DNA of 64,000 nucleotides, from NCBI RefSeq assembly GCF_001194135.2, contig NC_068985.1, positions 123,080,506 to 123,144,505 on the forward strand, given 5' to 3'. A program made the translations under genes and the position numbers. This document shows, piece after piece, positions 1 to 12,080 of the stretch. The DNA comes from Octopus bimaculoides. Its lineage: Eukaryota. The notes beneath the pieces were generated by a model. It made no database searches. It saw only the letters and a program-made list of their open reading frames with translations, and was not told where the DNA came from. The first letter of the stretch is position 1. Each line of letters starts with the position of its first letter.

Positions 1-109
1 AAGCTTCATTGCCAATTCTTCAGCTGATAATGCAGGATTTTCTTCAAGTAATGCCGCATGGAGCTTATTATCAAACTCAACTGGACGTCCTGTTCGATCT
101 TCATCTTCA
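1..109 (-). mobile_element. Mariner transposase fragment (HTH region), runs off the window start
   Basis: Minus-strand translation EDEDRTGRPVEFDNKLHAALLEENPALSAEELAMKL matches the mariner 'EDEPRSGRP...L...EENP..S.RELA..L' motif. Confidence 0.85.
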
Positions 110-1278
110 NNNNNNNNNNTACATACATACATACATACATACATACATACGTACGTACGTACATATTCATGTTTGCTCTGACGTAAGATTCAGTGCCTTT
201 TAGTAAATAGGAGGGGAATAAGATCTAATTAGTTAGAAATATAGAGATTTACAAATGGCAGCAAAAGCACTTAGTACATCTTATAAATTTTATTAATTCT
301 GTGGAGTAAACATCGATAGGGTGAAGTACCAGTATCGAATGTATATATTTATATAACCTCCTCTGTGAACAATAACGCCTAGGAGCCAGTTACTCTTGCT
401 CCTTATGTGTTATATATATATATATATATATATATATNNNNNNNNNNNNNNNNNNNNNNNNNNNNNNNNNNNNNNNNNNNNNNNNNNNNNNNNNNNNNNN
501 NNNNNNNNNNNNNNNNNNNNNNNNNNNNNNNNNNNNNNNNNNNNNNNNNNNNNNNNNNNNNNNNNNNNNNNNNNNNNNNNNNNNNNNNNNNNNNNNNNNN
601 NNNNNNNNNNNNNNNNNNNNNNNNNNNNNNNNNNNNNNNNNNNNNNNNNNNNNNNNNNNNNNNNNNNNNNNNNNNNNNNNNNNNNNNNNNNNNNNNNNNN
701 NNNNNNNNNNNNNNNNNNNNNNNNNNNNNNNNNNNNNNNNNNNNNNNNNNNNNNNNNNNNNNNNNNNNNNNNNNNNNNNNNNNNNNNNNNNNNNNNNNNN
801 NNNNNNNNNNNNNNNNNNNNNNNNNNNNNNNNNNNNNNNNNNNNNNNNNNNNNNNNNNNNNNNNNNNNNNNNNNNNNNNNNNNNNNNNNNNNNNNNNNNN
901 NNNNNNNNNNNNNNNNNNNNNNNNNNNNNNNNNNNNNNNNNNNNNNNNNNNNNNNNNNNNNNNNNNNNNNNNNNNNNNNNNNNNNNNNNNNNNNNNNNNN
1001 NNNNNNNNNNNNNNNNNNNNNNNNNNNNNNNNNNNNNNNNNNNNNNNNNNNNNNNNNNNNNNNNNNNNNNNNNNNNNNNNNNNNNNNNNNNNNNNNNNNN
1101 NNNNNNNNNNNNNNNNNNNNNNNNNNNNNNNNNNNNNNNNNNNNNNNNNNNNNNNNNNNNNNNNNNNNNNNNNNNNNNNNNNNNNNNNNNNNNNNNNNNN
1201 NNNNNNNNNNNNNNNNNNNNNNNNNNNNNNNNNNNNNNNNNNNNNNNNNNNNNNNNNNNNNNNNNNNNNNNNNNNNNN

Positions 1279-1597
1279 CTTCTGCAAGTTCTTTCATTCA
1301 AGCATTCTTTCCCATAAACTGAGTGTATGTTTCGAGTCGCTTCCGCTGCAGAGTTTCCTTTTTTGTACTCATAAAGCATTATGCGCCTTAAATGGTTTTG
1401 GATACTTCCATGTTAGAAAGGGTTTTAATCAAAAAAATTTTAATTCTGTTATTCTGTAAAATAATATTTAATTAGTTTAAATGTCCACAAATTCATAAAA
1501 ATAATTTTTAATTCCATTAGACATTCTAAATTACTATTAAATTTCATTCAATTTTAAAAAAGATAAAATCGGACAGAACTTATGGGATGACCTGATA
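1279..1597 (-). mobile_element. Mariner 5' end: TIR plus transposase N-terminus (frameshifted)
   Basis: Minus strand reads MEVSK/HLRRIMLYEYKKGNSAAEATRNIHSVYGKECLNERTCR, a Hsmar1/SETMAR-type N-terminus. The terminus reads TA|TCAGGTCATCCCATAAGTTCTGTCCG (~1570-1597), a mariner-type TIR next to TA. Confidence 0.85.
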
Positions 1598-3000
1598 CAA
1601 TTAACGGTGATCTTGATCTTCTCTAGATCAGTGTTTGTCGGAAAATATAGCGAAGGTGGAAACCCCATTCCTGCTCCCAGCAGAGTGGACTCCATTGTGG
1701 GCACTGCAAAGGACCAGGTTTTGGTTAAAGCCAATCACAGATTAAACCTGATACCCAAACCACGTGGTGGTTTTAAGCAAGGCAATATATTAAACCTTTG
1801 AGCTATGCAGCTATTTGTCTCGAGAAAGAAGAAGTGATAAACCTACCACCCATCCAAATCGTAGTGTCAAACAGGGGCATACATTAAGCCTATCATCCAG
1901 ACACGCGTTATTATTAGCTGAAGCTCCATATTAGGTCTAATAGACAAAAATATCTTCACTCTTTCATCCACGCTTGAACGTGTTATGTACCATTATTTTT
2001 TTAAAATTATATATATGATTTATGAATTCCTTAATTGATTTAATTGGGGAAATACAAAATTCCAATTTTCTTTTCCTGAAAGAATACGTGAATATTTCTT
2101 GCATTCCAAGATTGAAACTACACTGTTGTCTTGTCGTTGCCGCTGCATTGACTCGCGCTACAATTTCTATAATCTTTTTATTTTGAAATCGTGCGTTTTC
2201 ATGTTTCAGTCATTTTGTTCACACTGCATACTGTCTCCAATAATTTGAAAGTACAGAAAAAGAGAGGTTCTACGCTTTCATGTAATTGCATCAGTGAATG
2301 TGTGGGTTTTGCATTTTGATAGTTGATCAACGTTCACAGTTTTTCATGCACATGCACATGCGTTTTACATATTACAATAAGATGAGCAGCACATTATAAG
2401 ATATTCACCCATCTATGTTCTATTCTTAACAGTAACAGTTTTATACGTTTATGCATCTGTATTTCATACGATTCTATAAGATTAACATTTATCGTTTTAC
2501 ACATTTAAGAACGTTCTACTCATAATAAACATTCTTTAAGAGTTTTTTTGCAAAGTGACTACACTTTAACACATGTGTACATCTGTGCATTTTAAACTTT
2601 TCTGTAGAAACCAATGGTAATAATTCTTTGTCGGTACGCATCATTTTCAAAGTAATCAGCGACTCTCCTTCAAAATCTTAATGAAATGAAGCGCTGTGCA
2701 AGACGGTCTTAAATAAACAGAGGGATGGAATGGTCAAGGCTGGATTGACGTTGGTCATCGTCTTTCACGTTCATTGTTGATTTGTGTTCAATCGACAACA
2801 GCACATCTCTATAAAAGTAGTTTTCAAGTATGCCGAAGAATCAACCAAGTTGCTTGCGTGGTTCAAAGAATTCTTGATGGCATATGCCTTGGTTAACAAA
2901 GCAACGAGTTCAAATACCGCTGCGATTAATACTACTTGTTTTTTTTTTTATCCTTTCCGGATCGAGAAATGCAGTAGTTCCGTATTGGAGTGGATTTATT

Positions 3001-3080
3001 TTTCCTTCCTTCCTTCCTTCCTTCCTTCCTTCCTTCCCTTCTTCCTTCCTTCCTTCCTTCCTTCCTTCCCTTCTTCCTTC

Positions 3081-3123
<43 letters not shown>

Positions 3124-3130
3124 TTTTTCT
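3001..3130. repeat. (TTCC)n/(TTTC)n microsatellite
   Basis: Seen directly; it explains the FLPS/FFLS ORFs. Confidence 0.95.
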
Positions 3131-4104
3131 TAAAAAATCAGCAGTGATTAGAGCCGGCGAGGGATGGGCTCTGTCAGGTCTAAAATGCCAAAGATAGGTT
3201 GTATGCTACGACGCTCCTACTGCGGCTCGAGCCAGAAGTCCAGGGCTTTCGGACACGACACATACATCGTTTTCCTTCTTCCTCAGTGAAACAGCATCCA
3301 CACACGCGTTCAAGTATGCATTTCCAGTTCTTACACCAACCAGTGGTTTAATAGTCTTATTAAAATGTCCACTTGGAATTAACGACTATTCGTATCCTAG
3401 CTAATGACCATGCAGAGCAATGGCCTCCAGGGAAATTTTCGGTTAAAAGAGAATTTATGTTTTCGAAATCATTATTTCTCATCTGTATGACAGTGAAAGT
3501 TTTTCTGTTGAGCATGCGAAGAACATGAATCTGCTAGGTGTTTGTTTTTATCGTTTTTCATAATTTTTTTTTTCATAGGCAAATGATAGCTTGACTGTAG
3601 TGTTGCTATTTGGTCAATATTCTTGTGGGTTTGTTGGGAAAATGTTAATGTTAAAAATGTCATTAACAACCTCAGATGTTCTAGTGTGGCTGATTAAATA
3701 TCCACGGTGATAACAGTCATATTAGTTGAAAGAAATATCTTTTCTTTTGTTCTGTTGTTTTTCTTTCTTTCTAATACACCGAGAAAATCAGACGCTTACA
3801 AGCATAAGGGATTAAAGAGGATACATTTAAAAACATAACAAAATAAATACAAAACATATTGTCACTTGGTTTGAACTCGTTTCGACTCTGTTGCCTTCAG
3901 GGTTAAGAATTAAGAGATTCTTAAAGAAGACATTTATTCTTGAAGTATAGAATATTTTTTCTTCCGGCCTAATCATTGTCATCGTCATTCATCATCCTCA
4001 TTTGCTCTGCTTTCTTTTCCTTCTTCTTCTTCTTCTTTGAAAATTGTCAGGCAAATGCAGTATAAAAAGGCAATACAAAACGCAGTAATATAAACACTCA
4101 AATG

Positions 4105-4285
4105 GGAAGCTCTGGCCGTGTGGCTAAGGCTACGACGGTATGACTTAGGTGTCGAAATTTGATCAATATTCTATTGGGTACGTTGGGAAAATATGAATGT
4201 TAAATGACGTCAATAATAACCATTGAAGCTCATCTGTCACTGATTTCACATACACTTGGATAAATATTCATATTAGCCGAGAGAA
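4105..4285 (+). mobile_element. Old tRNA-derived SINE-like fragment; diverged sister copy at ~3590-3740
   Basis: A-box-like TGGCCGTGTGGCTAAGG and B-box-like GGTGTCGAAATT. The body (TCAATATTC..GTTGGGAAAAT..AATGTTAAA..CATATTAG..GAAAT) recurs ~550 bp upstream. Confidence 0.4.
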
Positions 4286-4456
4286 ATGCGCCCTTGGTTT
4301 TTTCATTCCTTACTTTCACTTGTTTTCCCTTCCCTCCATTATAGTGTAAAGTTCCGTGGGAATTACACAAAAAAGACTCCGTCCACCGACAATAAGTTTC
4401 AATCATTTGTTTGGCATTTCATTTTGTACATACAAACATGCAGCCATACATATTCT

Positions 4457-4663
4457 TTTATTTGTTTCAGTCATTTGACTGCGGCCATGCTGGAGCGCCA
4501 ACGTAATGGGTGTTAGTCAAATAAATCGACCCCAGAACTTATTCTTTGTAAGCTTTATTGTAAGTACTTATTCTAACCGTCTCTTTTACCGAACCACTAA
4601 GTTACGGAGACATAAACACACCAGCATCGGTTGTCAAACGATTGTGGTGGTACAAACACAAAA

Positions 4664-4717
<54 letters not shown>

Positions 4718-4899
4718 GATGGGCTTCTTCCAGTTTCCGTCTACCAAATCATTGGCAAAGTTTCTGTCTGCCAAATTACAAGGCTTTGGTTAACCCGAGG
4801 CTATAGTAGAGGCCTCTTGCCCAAGATGACACGCAGTGGGATTGAACCCGGAATCATGTAGCTAGGAAGCAAGCTTCTTACCACACAACCATGCCTGTG
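4457..4899 (-). mobile_element. tRNA-derived CORE-type SINE (family A), near full length
   Basis: Minus strand has a tRNA-like head (TGGTTGTGTGGTAAGAAGCTTGCTTCC...GGTTCAATCCCACTGCG), a MIR-core-like CTTGGGCAAG, an internal (TA/TG)n and the tail CCAGCATGGCCGCAGTCAAATGACTGAAAC. Homologous to copies at 6.5, 25.6, 27.2 and 41.3 kb. Confidence 0.85.
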
Positions 4900-4988
4900 C
4901 ATATATATATNNNNNNNNNNNNNNNNNNNNNNNNNNNNNNNNNNNNNNNNNNNNNNNNNNNNNNNNNNNNNNNNNNNNNNNNNNNNNN

Positions 4989-5066
<78 letters not shown>

Positions 5067-5087
5067 AGAGGTTGGGAAACCAACCAA

Positions 5088-5290
5088 CTAAGGGATACTA
5101 CCTATCCAATATATATACTGCTGGTAGTGTACCCAATTATTCATACCCAAATACTGGTTTTTCCGTAACAATCTCGCAATTGAGTGTCATATATGGGCGG
5201 TGGTAAAGAGTGGTTTACCCTTAATTTATACGGCAAATAAGAAAATGGAGAGGATACAAAACGACATACATCATCCGGTAGACATTCCAG
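5088..5290. repeat. Unclassified interspersed repeat, second copy at ~14428-14605
   Basis: Both copies share GGATA..A.CTATCCAATATA..CTGCTGGTAG..TACCCAATTATT and TTTACCCTTAATTTATAC.GCAA.TAAGAAAATGGAG.GGAT. Confidence 0.7.
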
Positions 5291-5934
5291 TGTGCCTATT
5301 TTTCCAAAGCATTAGAAAGTATTAGAAGAAAACATACACATGCGGTAACTATGTGTTACACACACGTGTTGATATTACAGAAAAGAGCAAAAGATCAGCT
5401 CCTTATGGCCGTTTCTGCCAAGAGGCAACGATATCCTCCATGCCTGAGGAAAGAGGCTCCTAAAGAGCAACATAAGAAAGGTAAAAGAAGCGGGCAGAAA
5501 AAGAATAGGAGCAAGCATGGGGCTGTGAGAGAAGTACATCTTATTAGAATGAGTTAGGTATAGAAAGTGGAAATAAGCTACAAACTTCCCAGGATCCATG
5601 TTATTTCGTCCAATGGTAGATAGGTGAAGATAGTCGTTCTTATAAACATATATCTAACTATCGGGGGAAACTACTGTATATGGTTAAACGTGATATAGGA
5701 GCTGGATAGGGGGTTCATTGTTGTCGGAAGGCAGAGGAAGGAGGATTTCGTGAATAGGGACAAAATTATAGCGGACCGGGAGGGAAATGGTTGTTTGTTT
5801 TGCTAACTTATAATTATTCAGTATTAATACTTATGCTAGTAAAATATAGAATATTAGACAAAGTATTTGAGGAGTGGCACTGTGTTATAGTATTAAAATT
5901 AAGTTTAGTGTTTGTCTGTATCTAGGAGCATGCA

Positions 5935-5998
5935 TTGTTTGAGTGTATATATACATGTATATGTATATGTATGTATGTATATATATGTGTGTGTATAC

Positions 5999-6087
<89 letters not shown>

Positions 6088-6117
6088 CATATATATACAT
6101 TTATATATATGTATATG

Positions 6118-6148
<31 letters not shown>

Positions 6149-6195
6149 ATGTGTGTGTGTGTGTGTGTATGTGTGTGTATACATATACATATATT
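5935..6195. repeat. Compound (TA)n/(TG)n microsatellite
   Basis: Seen directly; source of the YIYI/CVCV ORFs. Confidence 0.95.
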
Positions 6196-6544
6196 TTTGT
6201 GGGAGTTTGTGTGTATGCACACAATTCCTAAAAGTAGCAGGCAAATTTCTCTCAAATCATACCGTAGCATATTTAACGAAAAGGAAGAATACATTCAATA
6301 TAGTAGTCTTAGATATATTATCCCAGTAAATGACTTCAAAATCATTGATTTGTCTGCTAAATAAGGGCTGATATTGGAATAAAAAGTCAATAACGATCTC
6401 AATAATCACTCTAAGAAGAACAAAAATATTTATCTCTTCATAAAAAATCACTGTCGGCAATCTGTAAAAGATGACGGTTATGTTTGGAACATTTTGGCCT
6501 TCTAACATCATCAGGTGCTTTATTCATAGATATCTACATAGTAC

Positions 6545-6776
6545 TTTAGTCCTTTAGTCTTTTACTTGCTACAGTCATTTGACCGCGGCCATGCTGGAGG
6601 ACTGCCCTGAAGGGTCTTTAGTTGAAAAAATCGACCCAAGGACTTATTTTTTAAAGCCTAGTATTTATACTATCGTCTCTTTTGGCGAATCGTTAAAATA
6701 CAGGGACGTAAACACATCAACACCGGTTATCAAGCGGTATTAAGGGAAAAACACAGACACAAAGACACACGCATAG

Positions 6777-6811
<35 letters not shown>

Positions 6812-7045
6812 TACACACACGCATATATACGACAGGCTTCCTTCAATTTCCGTCTACCAAATTTACTCACAAGGCTTTCGTCGGCTCAATACTACAGCAG
6901 AAGACACTTGCCCAACGTGCCAAGCAGTGGGACTGAACCCGGAACCATATGGCTGGGAAGCAAGCTTCTTATTTCTTTATTGCCCACAAGGGGCTAAACA
7001 TAGAGGGGACAGACAAAGGGCAAGCTTCTTACCGCACGCCTACTT
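6545..7045 (-). mobile_element. Family A SINE carrying a 48-bp insertion in its head
   Basis: Homologous to 4457-4899. The head is interrupted at 6972-7019 by an insert flanked by duplicated GCAAGCTTCTTA. Confidence 0.85.
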
Positions 7046-7804
7046 ACGTTATTTAAATTCATTTCCACTAGATGCTATTGAAATTTGGCATTAACTCTAC
7101 GTGCATTAGTGATATAAGGAATAAAAAGTCATGTTGACTTTAAAAATTTGTTATGACTGAAGAATATTACTTTATCCTTAAGATACTTGTCTTTAGCTCC
7201 TTGATTGTTTTTTATTCAGCAATCTATCAGCACCGTTCTCATCTTTATTATTATTTCTTTTACAAAGATGCACAAAATATAATAATAGTTAAAAAGCAGC
7301 CGTTTAGGGGAACATATCAAATAAAATAGTTGTTGTCCATCAAAAGAAAACTGATATCTTATTTATTTCATTTCATTTAAAAGAAAATTTGCTTAAGAAT
7401 ATTTCTATATTTGTCAGAAGCTTATCCGCCAACAGACGCATTATTTGAAAGTTTTGTTTCATTAAAATGAAATTACATTAGTTTTTGACAAGATGCTGGG
7501 GTGCCACAAGTAACCTTTTCGTTCTGTACCCTGATTTGATCATTAATTCCTTAATATTGATAACGTGGTTTGATGTAATTCCCTTATCTCGTTTCTTCAT
7601 ATATGTTCCGCTTCAGTTTTCATCCCTTTCAAGTTATTTCCTAAATGAAATCTTCTGCTGGATAATCTGCCGAATTTGTGTTCTGTACGTAACATCATCT
7701 CAAATCATTTATCGTCTACAGCATCCAACATGAAGTAATCCATATCCAAAAGATGTTTGATTTCCTCTCATAGGGTTAGTATACGAAGAAGTTGATTAAA
7801 GGTT

Positions 7805-7990
7805 TCAACGATAGAGAGAAAAGTAAGAGAGAACGAGAGAGAGAGAAAGAGAGAGACCGATGGAGAGAGGAGACAGACAGAGAGAGGAGAGAGAGAGGAG
7901 ACAGACGGAGAGAGGAGAGAGATACAGAAGGAGAGAGAGACAGAAGGAGAGAGGAGAGAGAGATAGACAAACAGAGATAGAGACATAGAT
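7805..7990. repeat. GA-rich low-complexity tract
   Basis: Degenerate (GA)n/(GAGAG)n. Confidence 0.9.
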
Positions 7991-8137
7991 TGGGACTGAA
8001 GCCTCTTATGGAATATTTCTCTTCTAATGGGATGCTACACATTTAATCGATTTATATATATTGCACTGTTTTGAACATTAAGTCAGAGTGCAGAAAAATT
8101 ACAGACAACTGTAGCAAGAGACAATACCACAGCATTA

Positions 8138-8290
8138 AAGGCGGCGATTAGAAAGGTTGTTAGAGGCTAAGACAAAAAACTTGCAATATTTGTTCCGTCC
8201 TTTTCTGTTCTGAGTTCAAACCCTGTTCAGTTAGATTCAGTCCTTTATCCTTCCTTGTTGGTAAAGTTAAGTGGCAGTTAACAGGTGCCA
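8138..8290 (+). mobile_element. Family B SINE, degenerate
   Basis: AAGGCGGCGA head and GTTCTGAGTTCAAA motif, as in 10136-10965. Confidence 0.55.
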
Positions 8291-8639
8291 TATTAATGAA
8301 CGTGTACATAGAGCCAGAGTCTAACGATAAACTATATCCAAATACAATATTATTATTACTCTAATTCACAATGCTAGTGACACATGTATTCTTAATGGTA
8401 CAATTTTAGGTTATTCAAACTTAATTTTCTCGAAGATAGACTGTTTAAGCTTATACCAGCGCTTTGCTTTCTTACCGAGTACTAAGTAAACATAACATAG
8501 TGCTTTTTTAATCGTTCTAAAATTCTGGCATTACTCTCTATGAATTAGAGAAGTTGCATTAAGGAGTTGTATATATAGATGAAAATATTAAAAAAAAATT
8601 ATTTCTAAAGATTGCGTCAATAATTGTTTCTAATTTACG

Positions 8640-8770
8640 TACAAAGTCAATAATTTCGAGTCGATTGCTACTTTCGACTCCAGTACTAGACTGTTACTTT
8701 ATTCATCGATCCTTACAGGATGAAAGCGAAAGCTAACATCGGTGAAACTGGAATTCAGAATATAAAAAGG
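8640..8770 (-). mobile_element. Family B SINE fragment
   Basis: CAGTACT...TTTATTCATCGA..GGATGAAAG.GAAAG...GAATTCAGAA is the reverse complement of the family B body. Confidence 0.6.
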
Positions 8771-9611
8771 CGAAAGAAATATCGCAAAGTATTTTGTCCA
8801 ATGGTCTAACGATTCTGTCAACCTACTACTAAAGGATTGTTTTATAATCCGAAAAAATATAATAACAAAATATTTATCAGTGTAAAATAAAGTTTTTATT
8901 ATATTAGTTTTCTCCATTGATATAAAATATGATGGGTGAAATGTGCTCCTCTCTAGGGTACAGAGTTCAAAATTAGGTAAGGAAAGGCAAAGTCACGTTC
9001 AGAGAGATTTGAACACGAAGACCTGTGAAATAAAACTAAAAATGAAGACGTTTTTAGTGCAACTCTCTTAACGATTCTACTACCATATGATGTTACAACA
9101 AGTACTCGACCTAGTTTCGGCGTTCGCCTACATTTTTAGGTGTTACATAATATCATATTATGTTTCCGAAATCACCTGTGAAAGGATAAATTCAATCGAT
9201 AAATTGATTACACCTGACTGCATGGAAATGTCAATTTAAGTGCCTCATAGAACTTCGTTAATGAAAATTAATTATATGAGATGAGACAGACTGTAGACCT
9301 GAATAATGAACAATATAGAGATAATCAAATACAGACATAAAGAAATAAAGAAGAGATGCACACAGACAATTGTAAGTATATGTATGTATGTGTGTATGTA
9401 TGTATATATGTATGTATGTGCGTGTGTATGTGTATATGCATGTGTATCTGTGTGTATGTGGGAGTGTGCGTATGTGTCTGAGTGTGTTTGATAACATTAA
9501 AAGAATATTGATTTGTATGAAATGTATTGTTGTTATCAGTTGCAAATATATATATTAATACACACACACACACGCACATACACATTATATATATGTTCAT
9601 CTTTTTTATTT

Positions 9612-9710
9612 TGGGGGAAGAGGCCAGTCGATTAGATTAACCCCAGTAGGCAACTAGTACTTAATTTATCGACCCCGAAAGGATGTAAGGCAAAGTTGAG
9701 CTCGGCGTTT
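9612..9710 (-). mobile_element. Family B SINE 3' fragment
   Basis: TAGTACTTAATTTATCGACCCCGAAAGGATGTAAGGCAAAGTTGAGCTCGGCG. Confidence 0.8.
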
Positions 9711-10135
9711 TATATGGAATATTGACATATAACTGTATAACCAACTAAAAATTAATTTGTACTAAGAATAGGAACAATGTGAACATGACACATATTTGTT
9801 TATAAATGTGAACTCTACAATATCAAGTTCACGAAAAGTGGATCGATTAATGTTTATTAGTAGAAACATGAATTTGCTTAGCACAAATATAGAATTAATT
9901 TTCCCGCATGCGAACTTGATGTGATAGTATTTGTTCACATATATATGAAATGACATGTTTAATGGCGTTCCTCTTTTGGGTATGAATTAGATTTCAGTCG
10001 GTGATATTTTTTATTTATACATATTCCAGTTTAGTAAATCAATATTTTTCCGCACTTGCAACATCTGCAAAGTTATTTATTTGATACTTTCTCTTTCTTT
10101 CTTCATATTTTGTTTATTAGTTATCGTTTCGGTCT

Positions 10136-10965
10136 AAGGTGGCGAGTTGGCAGAGTTAGCACGTCGGACAGAACGTTAGCGCGTCGGACAGAACGTTAGC
10201 ACGTCGGACAGAACGTTAGCACGTCGGACTGAACGTTAGCACCTCGGACTGAACGTTAGCACGTCGGACAGAACGTTAGCACGTCGGACAGAACGTTAGC
10301 ACGTCGGACTGAACGTTAGCACGTCGGACTGAATANNNNNNNNNNNNNNNNNNNNNNNNNNNNNNNNNNNNNNNNNNNNNNNNNNNNNNNNNNNNNNNNN
10401 NNNNNNNNNNNNNNNNNNNNNNNNNNNNNNNNNNNNNNNNNNNNNNNNNNNNNNNNNNNNNNNNNNNNNNNNNNNNNNNNNNNNNNNNNNNNNNNNNNNN
10501 NNNNNNNNNNNNNNNNNNNNNNNNNNNNNNNNNNNNNNNNNNNNNNNNNNNNNNNNNNNNNNNNNNNNNNNNNNNNNNNNNNNNNNNNNNNNNNNNNNNN
10601 NNNNNNNNNNNNNNNNNNNNNNNNNNNNNNNNNNNNNNNNNNNNNNNNNNNNNNNNNNNNNNNNNNNNNNNNNNNNNNNNNNNNNNNNNNNNNNNNNNNN
10701 NNNNNNNNNNNNNNGCGTCGGACAGAACGTTAGCACGTCGGACAGAACGTTAGCACGTCGGACTGAACGTTAGCACGTCGGACTGAATACCCAGTGGTAT
10801 TTCCTCCAACTCATTGCGTTCTGAGTTCAAATTCCGCCGAGGACGACTTTTCCTTTCAACCTTTCGGGATAGGTAAAATAAGTACCAGTGAGCACTGGGA
10901 TCGATATAATCGACTAGTTCCCTCCACCTAAAAACACTGGCCTTGTGAAAACACTTGAAACATAA
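10136..10965 (+). mobile_element. Family B SINE with an internal 20-bp minisatellite
   Basis: Head AAGGTGGCGAGTTGGCAGA; body GTTCTGAGTTCAAATTCCGCCGAGGACGACTTTTCCTTTCA.CCTTTCGGG..AAATAAGTACCAG. Confidence 0.85.
10155..10789 (+). repeat. 20-bp tandem minisatellite GTTAGCACGTCGGAC(A/T)GAAC
   Basis: About 9 copies before and about 3.7 after the N gap (10336-10714); no spacers between units. Confidence 0.95.
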
Positions 10966-11265
10966 TTATAGTTCTTTGCTCAAAAGAACTCTTGTATTCT
11001 CTGTTTACGTTACTAAACTATATTAATTTTTCTTGTCTTTTTAATTTTCATACTCATTCGTCTGTATCTTCTCACATCTAATAAGCTTCAAGCGTTGCTA
11101 GAGTAAATTATATTATCTTAGATGCCGAAATTGTAAGGATTTTCACCTGACAACTGAAGAACGTACTGGTCTCATGTAAGTTCCCTTGTAATACCCTATA
11201 AATCATTATATTTTTCCGTATCACATTTTTCAAAATGACTTTATGGTTCTTACTCTTACGAACAT

Positions 11266-11301
<36 letters not shown>

Positions 11302-11859
11302 ACACACACACACACACATTATCATATACAGACACACATACGAGCACGTAATACTTATCACTTTACATTATCATAACTCCAATTGCGGCACCCACGGAAA
11401 TTCCACAATGTAAGTCAGCATATTTTGATACCTACTTTCTAATAACAAGAAAATGAATAATGGTGGTGCCCCAGCATGGCTACAACCTTTGGTCAGAAAC
11501 ATGTAAAAGATAAAAGTGTAACATCTACATCTATTTGCTAACTAAAGTTATTTCATTTTAATTTAACTATCTATTTGTCTTTTAGTGTATGAATTTATAG
11601 ATATTAATGACATTTGTTCATCATGTTAAACATTTTAATTGTGCCTGCGATTTGAACACACAAATGCAGAATAATATATGATAACATACTTCTGCTGCTT
11701 CTCATTCTATTTTTTCACTGATTCCACTACTTCCATTCCTCACTTTGTCTCTTCTTCTCCATCTTCATATATTTATCATTCTCCATACGAGTAATTACCT
11801 CCCTTGTCATAACACACGAACAAAACAGCCAAACCGTTGGATCAACAAGAATAATATCG

Positions 11860-12080
11860 GCTTCAAATTTTTGCACAAGGCCAGCAAGTTCGGCGGGTGG
11901 GGTTAAATCGATTACATTGACGCACAGTACTCAACTGGTACTTATTTTATCGACCTGAAAAGATGAAAGGCAAAGACGACTTCGGCTGAATTGGAACTCA
12001 GAACATAGAGACCAATGAGATGCCGCTAGGCATTACTCACCACCCCGGCTGCTTAACGACTCTGCCAGCTCACCGCCTTA
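11860..12080 (-). mobile_element. Family B SINE, full length
   Basis: TTCAAATTTTTGCACAAGGCCAGCAA...CTGGTACTTATTTTATCGACC.GAAAGATGAAAGGCAAAG...CTGCCAGCTCACCGCCTT. Confidence 0.85.

Noticed and set aside
6465-6520. Hammerhead-like CUGAUGA...CAAAC on the minus strand
   Set aside because: GAAA is mutated and no stem I or II pairing is evident; too degenerate to call.
10155-10789. CRISPR-like regular repeat
   Set aside because: The units are directly adjacent with no spacers, lie inside a SINE, and the context is eukaryotic.
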